Origin: Bacteroidales bacterium
GTDB taxonomy: Bacteria; Bacteroidota; Bacteroidia; Bacteroidales; GWF2-38-335
Assembly: GCA_016936815.1 (NCBI GenBank)
Contig: JAFGXD010000090.1
Location: 67,833 to 131,832, forward strand
Direction: 5' to 3'
Length of the DNA: 64,000 nt
Shown here: positions 10,257 to 19,130 of the stretch, in pieces
Layout of the letters: each line of letters starts with the position of its first letter
Numbering within the stretch: position 1 is the first letter of the stretch
Position numbers and translations under genes: made by a program
Notes under the pieces: model-generated
Database searches by the model: none
The model's input: only the letters and a program-made list of their open reading frames with translations
What the model was told of the DNA's origin: nothing

Positions 10257-11664
10257 GGTTTTTATAATGCCCAAAAACCTCTAGAACCCTTTTTACAAAA
10301 TTTACGGTTTCGTTCCCCCTGCAATAACCATTCTTAACAACAGAGTCACGATAATATTCGGGGTTAGATTTCAGCAATAAGAATGTGTCTACATTATTTT
10401 CCCAAATATTTGGATTTTTACCGTATTTTTTTGCAAGATTGCGAGCATCAATTACATGGCCGGGGCCAATATTATAAGAGGCAAGTATAAATTTAATTCT
10501 TTCCAGAGTATCTGTTATTTCTTCTTTAAAAATATTGTCAAGTGAGTTTATTACCTTTATGCCGGCAGCAATATTTGCAGTAGGTCCTGATTCAATATCA
10601 ATACCGTAAGTTGCTGCTGTTTGAGGCATAAGCTGCATTAACCCTGCGGCGCCGGCCCACGATCTAACGGAATTATCGAAATTAGATTCATGATATATTA
10701 AGGATGAAATAAGTCTCCAATCCCAATAAGTTTCTTTACTTAATTCCTTTATTATTTCATCGTATTGAGAAATTTTACCCCCAATAAGTGAATAATAATC
10801 ACTATTTATCATATTTTTGTACTTAGGATTATTAAAATATCTATAATAGATACTTTCAAATCTTTTAGTTTTTTTAAAATCATTGAGCCAATTATTTATG
10901 CTAATTCTCAAAGAATCGTTACCCTTAGCAACTGCCCAGGCAAAGTTTACCTCATCTCCCAATCCGGTTTCAATATCAATATTTTGAAGATAAGTAGCAT
11001 TAATTCTTGCCACATCTTCGTCGCACACAGTATAATCAATTTTTCCCTCAGAAACCATTAGAACTAATTCTTCAATTCCAAGACTAACAGCGTCAAATGA
11101 ATTGATAACAATTTTGTGTTCTTTTTCGATTCTCTTTAACAAAGGAACAAAGGATGAGTGTTCCTGAACAAATACTGTTTTCCCATTGAGCTTTTTAATG
11201 TCTCGGATTAATTTCTCATCCATCTTGCTTTTTGAGAGATTTTTATAGTTTTCAGGTTTTCTTTGAACTAAAACCGGTCTTGTACTTCCTAAGGGAATAG
11301 TAAAATCAATAAATACTTTTCTGGTTTTTGTTATCGAAAGGTTTACTGCAAGCACATCAACTTTACCATTTTTTATCAAGTTAATTTTTTCTTCAATATT
11401 ATTGCTAATAACTATTTCAAGGTCAAGCCCCATATAGTCAGAATATTCTTTTAACAATTCGTATTGAAATCCTAATGGCGTTCCTCTGTAAATAAAATAA
11501 CTTGTTGAATTATTGTCAGTTACAGCAACTAATTTACCTCTTTCTTTTATTTCTGAAAGATTAGAAAATTTTCTAATCTCATTTTCATCTTCATCACTAA
11601 AATTGCAAGCGGAAAAACTTAACACAAGAAGTAAAATAATTATATTTTCGGAAATAATTTTCAT
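10243..11664 (-). CDS. mltF: Lytic murein transglycosylase with a periplasmic solute-binding-like domain (MltF-like)
   Basis: 473 aa with a lipoprotein signal (FSAC). The N-terminal half is SBP_bac_3-like. The C-terminal SLT domain shows ISSLIYHESNFDNSVRSWAGAAGLMQLMPQTA, with a catalytic Glu in the HES motif. Confidence 0.85.
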   Translation of the reverse strand: MKIISENIIILLLVLSFSACNFSDEDENEIRKFSNLSEIKERGKLVAVTDNNSTSYFIYRGTPLGFQYELLKEYSDYMGLDLEIVISNNIEEKINLIKNGKVDVLAVNLSITKTRKVFIDFTIPLGSTRPVLVQRKPENYKNLSKSKMDEKLIRDIKKLNGKTVFVQEHSSFVPLLKRIEKEHKIVINSFDAVSLGIEELVLMVSEGKIDYTVCDEDVARINATYLQNIDIETGLGDEVNFAWAVAKGNDSLRISINNWLNDFKKTKRFESIYYRYFNNPKYKNMINSDYYSLIGGKISQYDEIIKELSKETYWDWRLISSLIYHESNFDNSVRSWAGAAGLMQLMPQTAATYGIDIESGPTANIAAGIKVINSLDNIFKEEITDTLERIKFILASYNIGPGHVIDARNLAKKYGKNPNIWENNVDTFLLLKSNPEYYRDSVVKNGYCRGNETVNFVKRVLEVFGHYKNLIDL

Positions 11665-11732
11665 TTATAATAAAATGAGCCCAGTACTTGTATTATTTAA
11701 TAAACTACTTGCAATATACGAAATTTATTTTT

Positions 11733-11740
11733 TATATTTG
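11733..11740 (+). promoter_or_regulatory. Candidate -7 box TATATTTG for tRNA-His (a TTG lies 21 nt upstream, at 11709-11711)
   Basis: Exact TAnnTTTG match 16 nt upstream of the first tRNA nucleotide. Confidence 0.45.
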
Positions 11741-11755
11741 CAACCCAATTAAAAT

Positions 11756-11829
11756 GGTGGATGTAGCTCAGGGGTTAGAGCACTGGATTGTGGTTCCAGG
11801 GGTCGTGGGTTCAAATCCCATCTTCCACC
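11756..11829 (+). tRNA. tRNA-His (anticodon GTG)
   Basis: Cloverleaf folded by hand. Acceptor GTGGATG/CTTCCAC has one T-T mismatch. D arm is GCTC-AGGGGTTA-GAGC. Anticodon stem is CTGGA/TCCAG with loop TTGTGGT; the anticodon GTG is at 11790-11792. T arm is GTGGG-TTCAAAT-CCCAT. An extra 5' G(-1) at 11756 opposite discriminator C at 11829 is the His identity element. No encoded CCA. Confidence 0.9.
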
Positions 11830-11895
11830 CAAATTATATGAGAAACAAACACGAGTTTGTTTCTTTTTTTTTACTTTTGTGCTTCAAACTTTTAT

Positions 11896-12552
11896 ATGAT
11901 GAGCAAAAACAATAACATAGAGGTTGTGAATAATGGCATAAGCACCTCTGAAGAAGGCAGCTACAGAAAAATTGAATCTTACAATACAGAAGCAACTGAA
12001 TCTTTGAAAAAAAGTTATTTTGATGTACTTCAAGCTTTGGGAGAAGACCCAAATAGAGAAGGTCTATTGGATACACCAATGCGAGTTGCCAAAGCAATGC
12101 AATTCTTAACTCACGGGTATTCGCTTAATCCTGAAGAAATTGTAAAATCGGCAATGTTTGTTGAGGAGTATCAGCAAATGGTTATTGTTAAAGATATTGA
12201 AATATATTCACTTTGCGAGCACCACATGATTCCCTTTTTTGGAAAAGCTCATGTTGCCTATATTCCCGATGGTTTTATTACAGGCTTAAGTAAAATTGCC
12301 AGAGTTGTTGAAGCTTTTTCCAGAAGATTACAGGTTCAGGAAAGACTAACAACTCAAATTAGGGATTGCTTGCAAAAAACTCTTAATCCTCTTGGAGTAG
12401 CTGTAGTTATTGAAGCTCAACATATGTGCATGCAAATGAGAGGGGTGCAAAAACAAAATTCGGTTACTACTACTTCGGCTTTTACCGGGGTTTTTCTTTC
12501 AGAACCTACAAGACAAGAATTCATTCATCTTATTGGAACTAAACTTCATTAA
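11896..12552 (+). CDS. folE: GTP cyclohydrolase I
   Basis: Motifs [56 protein letters not shown]. The start was moved to ATG 11896 (MMSKNN); the track's N-terminal extension would abut the tRNA. Confidence 0.93.
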   Translation: MMSKNNNIEVVNNGISTSEEGSYRKIESYNTEATESLKKSYFDVLQALGEDPNREGLLDTPMRVAKAMQFLTHGYSLNPEEIVKSAMFVEEYQQMVIVKDIEIYSLCEHHMIPFFGKAHVAYIPDGFITGLSKIARVVEAFSRRLQVQERLTTQIRDCLQKTLNPLGVAVVIEAQHMCMQMRGVQKQNSVTTTSAFTGVFLSEPTRQEFIHLIGTKLH

Positions 12553-12853
12553 AAGTTTATTTGCCTATTTCAGCTTACCGACAAGATTCTTCGAAAGAAA
12601 ATGCAAGAAGTTTAGGGGAAGTTGACCAGTCGTTTAACGGGAAGACCCTCATTGTCAATTAGATTTTACAATTTTTTTGATTAGTAATTATATAGTTTGT
12701 TGCCATTACTTTATTGCATTTTACAGCAGAAAAAATACTATTTATCAATTTTTAGTCAATATAACCATTAATTGATGAACTAAACTTTTGTGTGTAAATA
12801 AAAATGTCTATTTTAGTTTCTCCAAAATTATTTTACGGTTTAAACTTTGTCCT

Positions 12854-15800
12854 ATGAAAAAATTGTTCTTTCTGGCATTTACAACTCTATCGTTAATGCT
12901 TTATTCTCAGGCTCCAACAGCTAATTTAAGAGCTTATTATCCATTAAACCATTATATGGATTTGGGACCGAATAGTTTCCTACTTTCTCCCAACGGAGTC
13001 ATATCACCAATGACCGATAGATTTGCTAATGTAGGTGAATCTTATTATTTTAATGGAACGGCTGCTTATTTTGAAACTCCAAATAATGTTATTCCTGCTA
13101 CAGGCGATTATACAGTTAATGTTTGGATTCAGCATAACAGCATGCAAACAGCACCCTACACCATTATTTCACAAAACAAAAATACGGGAAATAATTTCTC
13201 AATAAGCATAGATCCTACAAATTCAGGACAATTATCAGTAGGCAGCTCTTGGGCTACAGGGTTTTATTTTGCAGAAGACCCAATGTGGCACATGATTACT
13301 ATTGTTAAAACCGGTACGGATGTTTCTTTGTATTTGGATGGTGTGTTTCAGGAATCTAAAGGAAGTACAATAGCAAATCCGGATGGAAATGTTTTTAGGA
13401 TAGGAAGAAAATTTGACTCTTTTACCGAGTATTTCGATGGTTCCATTGACGATGTAAGGGTTTATTCTGCTGCTCTTACAAATGCCGAAATCGATGCCCT
13501 GTATAATGAAAACCACTGCTTAAGAGCTTATTACCCATTTTCAGGAGATATGGATGATGTTAGTGAATATAATTGGGATATATCGGGTTTTTCCGGAGTT
13601 TCAATTAGTGCCGATCGTTTTAATGAATCTGCAAGCGCTTATTATTTTAGCGCTTCAGGAAGCTATATGCATACAAATAATATTGTTATTCCTACAGCTA
13701 CTCCTTTTGCAGTAAATCTTTGGGCAAAGCACCTTTCGTCACAATCAGGCGCATTTACAATGATTAATCAGGACAAAAGTATGGGAAGCATGTTTAGCAT
13801 AGAGAAATCTGCCACAGGTACAATTATTATTGGAGAAGGATGGGGAGATACAGGCCATAATTACCCCGACGATGACCAATGGCACATGTTTACCGTTGTT
13901 GCAGGAACCGGAAATACAATACTTTATATAGATGGAGAGTATATTCAGGATTATGGATCTTCAATTATGTCACCCGATTTGTCGGGGTTTGTAATTGGAG
14001 CAACCACAAGTTTTACGGGAAATTTTAATGGCTACATAGACGATGTTAGGGTTTTTTCTTGTGAATTAATGCCTACCGATGTTCAGCAACTTTACAACGA
14101 AGGAAATTATTCCTTAGTAGCTTGTTTGGAAGCAGATTACTTACTGGAAAACAATACTAACGATGTAACAGGAAATTCCCATGATGGATTAGGTACTGCT
14201 CTTACTTCTACTGCAAATCGTTTTGGAGTCTCCGATAGAGCATATCTTTTCAACGGTTCAAGTTCAAAAATTTCAATACCTTCAACAGGATTCGACTTTT
14301 CTACGGGTGTAACATTTGCTGCTTGGGTAAAACCCAATTCAGTTAAGGAATCAGGAATTGTTAGCTTTATGGACGAATCTTCTTATGGAATAAGATTGAC
14401 AACCGGTGATGAAATAAGCCCATATTTTAAACTTCAAGTAGGAAATACATCAGTTTATAATTATGCTGAAGCTTTTGAAACTTATTATCCAAACAATTGG
14501 TATCACGTTGCAGCTTCCTATGATCCAACAATGGGAGATATGCTTGTTTATGTAAATGGTCAACCGCTTGGAATGAATATGGAAATGGGAACTTACGATT
14601 TTTCCGGAACAGCTTTTATAGGACAGCTTGAATCCGGGTTAGGTTATTTTGATGGCATAATAGATGATGTTAAAATTTACGATTGTGTGCTTGACGCTAC
14701 TGATATAGAGGCTTTGGCAAATGCCGATTTCTTTATTTCGAAACATCCTGTTAACGATACGGCATGCAGCAACCAGTCTTTTATGTTTGAATGTAATGCT
14801 TTTGGAGAAAACCTAACTTATCAATGGTATTTTAACAGCTCTCCCATTAGTGGTGCAAATTCTAGTATTTACGAAAAAATGATGGCAGAAATTACAGACG
14901 CAGGTTCTTATTACTGTGAAGTATCTAATGGTGCAGGCTTTATTTATTCAAATAATGTTCAGCTTATTTGGAGTTCTCCGTCTATTAATATTACCGTTGG
15001 TGATAATATTTTGTGTAATGGAAATTGCAATGGTTCTCTAATTGCAACTGTAACAGGCGGTTCTACTCCATATTCTTATGAATGGGATGTAGCAACAGGT
15101 ACTCAAACTACTGCCGAAGCTACTTCTTTATGCGCAGGAAATTACTCAATAGTTGTAACAGATAACAATGGTTGTTCTAACTCCGCTGCTTATGAATTAA
15201 TTCAACCTATAGCGCTTTCCATAAATACAATTACTCCAACAGATGCCTTGTGTTTTGGTGAAAATAACGGAACAATTACAATAATCGCTTCAGGTGGCAC
15301 CGGAATTCTTTGGTATAATGTTACGGGCACACAACAATCCTCAGGTGTTTTTAGCAATCTTTCATCGGGCGATTATTATGTTACCGTTACAGATAATAAT
15401 GGTTGTGAAGAGGTTTCCGGAAATGTATATGTCGGGGAACCAACAGAATTGGTTATTAATAATGTTTGGACCAATGATGCAACATGTTATGGTCTTTGCA
15501 ATGGATATGCAACCATTGATTTTGCCGGTGGTACCTTGCCCTATCAATATAATGCCGGTTTTGGTTATCAGTCAAGTAACCTTATTGAAGATTTATGTGC
15601 AGGAAACTACAATGTAACTGTAATGGATGCAAATAGTTGCACAGGTAGTTATCCTATTACAATAAATGGACCGGATGAATTAATCGTTTCGGCTAGTCCA
15701 ACTAACATTAGTTGTAATGGACTTGAAGACGGACAAATTCTCTTGACTATTTCAGGAGGCTCGGTTATAACTAGTTACGATTGGAGTACTCCCGATGGAA

Positions 15801-18589
15801 GCGGAATTATTCCGGGAGCATCAGAACAAACAAATTTAGGTGCCGGACTTTATAATATTACTGTTACCGATGCTAATAACTGTTCAGCTTCAAACTCTGC
15901 TTCAATTGCAGAACCCGATGCAATTAGTGTTGTTGAAATAAAAACTGATGCTCTTTGTGCCGGCGATTGTAACGGATCTATTGAATTAACTGTTACCGGA
16001 GGAACCGGAACTCTAAGCTATTTATGGTCGGCAATGGATTTTGATAGCGAATCGGAAGATATTTACGACCTTTGCGCCGATTTGTACTCTCTTTCCATAA
16101 CAGATCAAAATAATTGTCAGTTTACAGATTTTTACGAGGTAAACGAACCTGCGCCTATTGTTTTTAATGATATTAGCGTTTCCGATGTTTCATGTGCAGG
16201 GGTTTGCGATGGTGTTATTCAAGTAGAGGTTTCGGGAGGTAATTCTCCATACAATTATGATGTTGGATACGGACAACAAACTTCAAATATTATAAATGGA
16301 CTTTGTGGTAACTCATATTTTGTTGAGATAACCGATAATAACGGATGTTCAGAAACAAGCGATGAAATTTATATTTATGAACCTGAAGCTCTTGTTGTTG
16401 AAGAAGTTGTTAACGATGTTTCCTGCTTTGATGGTTATAACGGTAGTATTGAGTTAAGTATAAGCGGCGGCACAACCGGTTATTCTGTTGAATGGGCAAC
16501 AAGCGGAGGCTTTTCTTCTAGTGAGCAATGGATTTATGATTTGGTTGCCGGCGAATATAATTTAACTGTAACAGATGCAAATTCATGCAGTTATTTAAAT
16601 ACTATTGAAGTTCACCAACCTTCAGAACCTTTAATAATTTACACTGTTTCTCAAACAAATTCCGGATGTTCAGGTTTATGCGACGGATCTTTTCAGGTAA
16701 TCGCTGAAGGAGGAGTTGAGCCTTACATTTATTCGCAAGATATGTTCAATTGGCAGTCGTCAGGAAATTTTGTGAACCTATGTCCTGGATTTTATAGCAT
16801 TTATGTTCAAGATTATGCCGGTTGTATTATGAGTACTTCAGATATACAAATTCAGGAAACTTCCGGATTTACTGTTGATGTTTCTGTAACTCAGGATGCT
16901 GCTTGTGGATTATCGAATGGTGCAGCTGAGGTAGATATTACGGGAGGTTCTTCAAATATTGTAATTAACTGGTCTAATGGTGAACTTGGCTACGATGCCG
17001 ACAGTCTTCCCGCCGGAATGAATTATGTGGTTGTTGCTGATACCCTTAACGGCTGTTCGGTAACTGAGTTTTTTAATATTAACAATGTTGGCGCTGCAAC
17101 CTTATCCGGAGTAGTTACAAATGCAATTTGTTACGGTGGTTCAGGTGGTTCAATTGACCTATCTGTTACCGGCGGTGTTCCTCCATATTTGTACGAATGG
17201 ACTACAGGCGATGAAACTCAGGATATTAGTGGACTTACTGCCGGGGCTTACGATGTTTCTGTAATTGATGATATGGGTTGTATTTCAACAAGGCATTTTG
17301 TGCTAACTCAGCCTTCTGCTTTGGCAATTAGCTTTTCTGTAACAAATGCTACTTGCGGTTCGGCCGATGGTTCTGTAACTGCAACCGTTTCCGGAGGAAC
17401 TCCCCCATATAACTACAATTGGTCGTCGGGAGGCTCTTTGGCTACAGTTACAGGCCTTACAGCTGGTTCATTTACTCTAACAGTTACCGACAACAACGGA
17501 TGTGTTAAGACTAAAAATGTAATGCTTAGCAATGAAGGCGCTCCTGTTATTGTGTTAGATTCTGTTCAAGCAGCAATTTGTAGTGGACAAGGAGCAATTT
17601 ATGTTACAGTAAGCGGAGGTTCAGGAACTTACGACTTCGACTGGTCTAACGGAGCAACAACAGAAGATTTAACTGGTGCAAGCCCAGGCGAATATATTCT
17701 TACTGTTCAGGATGGAACTTGTTATGCAATGCTTGAAGAAACTGTTCCGGGAATTGTTCCTCAAACTCAGCCAATTTGTGTTGTAACTGTAGATGTAAAT
17801 ACAGGAACAAACCTTGTTGTTTGGGAGAAAGTTCAAACTTCCGGAATTTCTCATTATAATATTTGGAGAGAATCTTCTGTTCCTGATAGTTACTTACTTG
17901 TTGGATCGGTTCCCTACGATGACATGAGCGAATTTACCGACTCTGTAGCAAATCCTTTCTCACGTTCTTGGAGGTATAAAATATCGGCAGTTGACAGTTG
18001 CGGACACGAATCCGCCTTAAGTAATCACCACAAAACCATTCACTTAACAATGAACGTTGGTCTTAGCGGCGCAGTAAATCTAATTTGGGACGACTACGAA
18101 GGATTTACTTTCTATACTTATTACATACACCGACATACCGATTTAAATGGATGGGAAATTTTAGATTCATTGCCAAAAACCCTTCATTCATTTGCAAATT
18201 ATCCACCATCAACTGAAGGTTTGTGGTATTTTGTAACAGTAAGCACACCGTTTACTTGCTCGCCTACCAGCAGTTCTAAAGATGTTGGAGGACCATACCA
18301 GCAATCTGTTTCGAACTTGGAAGACAACGGTATTTCTGTTGATATTCAGAACATTATTAATACCCAAGTTTCAATTTATCCAAACCCAAGTAATGGTTTG
18401 TTTAATGTTGTTTCTACCGATAAAATCGAAAAGGTTAGGATTCTTAACATTGGAGGTCAGCTAATTAGAGAAGTAAACTCAAATATGAATTCAGTTGAAA
18501 TGGATATTCAGGATGTAATGCCCGGTGTTTATATTATTTCAATAAAAACAGAAAAAGGACAAGCAATAGGAAAGATTATTAAGCAATAA
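12854..18589 (+). CDS. Giant T9SS-secreted surface protein: signal peptide, 3 LamG/ConA-like lectin domains, Ig-like domain, 12 SprB-type repeats, FN3-like region, T9SS C-terminal sorting domain
   Basis: Start set at ATG 12854 (MKKLFFLAFTTLSLMLYSQ signal peptide). The domains were read from the translation; see the sub-features. 1911 aa from this start. Confidence 0.85.
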   Translation: MKKLFFLAFTTLSLMLYSQAPTANLRAYYPLNHYMDLGPNSFLLSPNGVISPMTDRFANVGESYYFNGTAAYFETPNNVIPATGDYTVNVWIQHNSMQTAPYTIISQNKNTGNNFSISIDPTNSGQLSVGSSWATGFYFAEDPMWHMITIVKTGTDVSLYLDGVFQESKGSTIANPDGNVFRIGRKFDSFTEYFDGSIDDVRVYSAALTNAEIDALYNENHCLRAYYPFSGDMDDVSEYNWDISGFSGVSISADRFNESASAYYFSASGSYMHTNNIVIPTATPFAVNLWAKHLSSQSGAFTMINQDKSMGSMFSIEKSATGTIIIGEGWGDTGHNYPDDDQWHMFTVVAGTGNTILYIDGEYIQDYGSSIMSPDLSGFVIGATTSFTGNFNGYIDDVRVFSCELMPTDVQQLYNEGNYSLVACLEADYLLENNTNDVTGNSHDGLGTALTSTANRFGVSDRAYLFNGSSSKISIPSTGFDFSTGVTFAAWVKPNSVKESGIVSFMDESSYGIRLTTGDEISPYFKLQVGNTSVYNYAEAFETYYPNNWYHVAASYDPTMGDMLVYVNGQPLGMNMEMGTYDFSGTAFIGQLESGLGYFDGIIDDVKIYDCVLDATDIEALANADFFISKHPVNDTACSNQSFMFECNAFGENLTYQWYFNSSPISGANSSIYEKMMAEITDAGSYYCEVSNGAGFIYSNNVQLIWSSPSINITVGDNILCNGNCNGSLIATVTGGSTPYSYEWDVATGTQTTAEATSLCAGNYSIVVTDNNGCSNSAAYELIQPIALSINTITPTDALCFGENNGTITIIASGGTGILWYNVTGTQQSSGVFSNLSSGDYYVTVTDNNGCEEVSGNVYVGEPTELVINNVWTNDATCYGLCNGYATIDFAGGTLPYQYNAGFGYQSSNLIEDLCAGNYNVTVMDANSCTGSYPITINGPDELIVSASPTNISCNGLEDGQILLTISGGSVITSYDWSTPDGSGIIPGASEQTNLGAGLYNITVTDANNCSASNSASIAEPDAISVVEIKTDALCAGDCNGSIELTVTGGTGTLSYLWSAMDFDSESEDIYDLCADLYSLSITDQNNCQFTDFYEVNEPAPIVFNDISVSDVSCAGVCDGVIQVEVSGGNSPYNYDVGYGQQTSNIINGLCGNSYFVEITDNNGCSETSDEIYIYEPEALVVEEVVNDVSCFDGYNGSIELSISGGTTGYSVEWATSGGFSSSEQWIYDLVAGEYNLTVTDANSCSYLNTIEVHQPSEPLIIYTVSQTNSGCSGLCDGSFQVIAEGGVEPYIYSQDMFNWQSSGNFVNLCPGFYSIYVQDYAGCIMSTSDIQIQETSGFTVDVSVTQDAACGLSNGAAEVDITGGSSNIVINWSNGELGYDADSLPAGMNYVVVADTLNGCSVTEFFNINNVGAATLSGVVTNAICYGGSGGSIDLSVTGGVPPYLYEWTTGDETQDISGLTAGAYDVSVIDDMGCISTRHFVLTQPSALAISFSVTNATCGSADGSVTATVSGGTPPYNYNWSSGGSLATVTGLTAGSFTLTVTDNNGCVKTKNVMLSNEGAPVIVLDSVQAAICSGQGAIYVTVSGGSGTYDFDWSNGATTEDLTGASPGEYILTVQDGTCYAMLEETVPGIVPQTQPICVVTVDVNTGTNLVVWEKVQTSGISHYNIWRESSVPDSYLLVGSVPYDDMSEFTDSVANPFSRSWRYKISAVDSCGHESALSNHHKTIHLTMNVGLSGAVNLIWDDYEGFTFYTYYIHRHTDLNGWEILDSLPKTLHSFANYPPSTEGLWYFVTVSTPFTCSPTSSSKDVGGPYQQSVSNLEDNGISVDIQNIINTQVSIYPNPSNGLFNVVSTDKIEKVRILNIGGQLIREVNSNMNSVEMDIQDVMPGVYIISIKTEKGQAIGKIIKQ
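12920..14725 (+). repeat. Three tandem LamG (Laminin_G_3 / concanavalin-A-like) domains, each about 195-200 aa
   Basis: Each unit starts L(R/E)A(Y/D)Y(P/L) and ends DG-x-IDDV(R/K)(V/I)(Y/F)-x-x-x-L-x-x-x-(E/D)(I/V)-x-x-L(Y/A)N (DGSIDDVRVYSAALTNAEIDALYNE / NGYIDDVRVFSCELMPTDVQQLYNE / DGIIDDVKIYDCVLDATDIEALAN). Confidence 0.75.
14970..17750 (+). repeat. Array of 12 in-frame SprB-type repeats (about 75-80 aa each)
   Basis: Recurrent pattern C-x-G-x-x-(N/D)G-x-(I/A)-x-x-x-x-x-GG-x-x-P-Y-x-Y-x-W ... L-x-AG-x-Y-x-(V/L)-T-V-x-D-x-N-x-C. I counted 12 units by eye. Confidence 0.8.
18365..18586 (+). other. T9SS type-A C-terminal sorting domain (Por_Secre_tail-like)
   Basis: The last about 74 aa read VSIYPNPSNGLFNV...VRILNIGGQLIREV...MPGVYIISIKTEKGQAIGKIIKQ. 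YPNP-x-x-G, then G-x-Y-x-(V/I), then K-(I/L)-(I/V)-K is the typical CTD signature. Confidence 0.85.
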
Positions 18590-19126
18590 TTAATAATCTT
18601 CTCCTTCTTCAACTTCGTCGATATTGGTAAAAAGATTGTAATCGTCAAGATCTTCGCCGGAACGGGTTTCTTCTCCGTAAATGGCATCCAGGTCTTCGTC
18701 TAGTATGTCGTTTATGCTTACATCTTCTATGCAAATTTGCTTTGGAGCATCGCCTCTTTCGGAGATAAGATAAGGATACTTTTTCCCTTTAGTTTCTTCT
18801 GTTGTACCAAACAATTCCAAATAAAAAGCTCTATTTGAAAAAAAATCGAATACGTAAATAAGTCGGTCTTTTGGTTTTTTCAAGAAATCGCCCAATTTAC
18901 ATTCATCCATGGAAATGTCTTCATCCTGCATTTTCATTAAGGGAATTTCAAAGCCTCTTTCCCAGTTTTCATCGGCAATAAAGAAGGAAGTCATTTGTGA
19001 TTTGTCGTAGTTGCAGGCATCTTGTATTGCAAAATGAAAATCTGCAAATGTATGAGTTTCTTTCATGGCAATATCCCTGAAAAACTCATCCGAATCGGAA
19101 GAAACAAGTCTGAATTTTAGTTCCAT
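18590..19126 (-). CDS. Hypothetical acidic protein, possibly MM3350 / pRiA4b-ORF3-like fold
   Basis: 178 aa. FRDIAMKETHTFADFHFAIQDACNYDKSQMTSFFI and RLIYVFDFFSNRAFYLEL loosely resemble the two conserved blocks of PRiA4_ORF3-family proteins. The C-terminal tail is very acidic. Assigned from memory only. Confidence 0.4.
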   Translation of the reverse strand: MELKFRLVSSDSDEFFRDIAMKETHTFADFHFAIQDACNYDKSQMTSFFIADENWERGFEIPLMKMQDEDISMDECKLGDFLKKPKDRLIYVFDFFSNRAFYLELFGTTEETKGKKYPYLISERGDAPKQICIEDVSINDILDEDLDAIYGEETRSGEDLDDYNLFTNIDEVEEGEDY

Positions 19127-19130
19127 AATT

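Noticed and set aside
11688-11915. 75-aa ORF spanning the tRNA-His gene
   Set aside because: It reads straight through a well-folding tRNA and its promoter, so it is spurious.
12788-12853. N-terminal extensions in the ORF track (12788, and likewise 21515, 30925, 62960, 4440, 30342, 56942, 39425, 11857)
   Set aside because: Internal Met codons give canonical signal peptides or conserved N-termini and remove overlaps with neighbouring genes or promoters. Several of the track starts are non-ATG codons.
11756-12900. tRNA-His as an integration hotspot, with the giant adhesin region as a genomic island
   Set aside because: There is no integrase, transposase or phage gene anywhere in the window. 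I did not notice a second copy of the tRNA 3' end that would mark an att site. folE follows directly. I cannot exclude a distant repeat without a computational search.
14970-17750. Regular repeats of about 230 nt considered as a CRISPR-like or satellite array
   Set aside because: The period is far too long, and the units are in-frame protein repeats (SprB type) that have diverged at the DNA level. No short conserved repeat alternating with unique spacers is present, and there are no cas genes.
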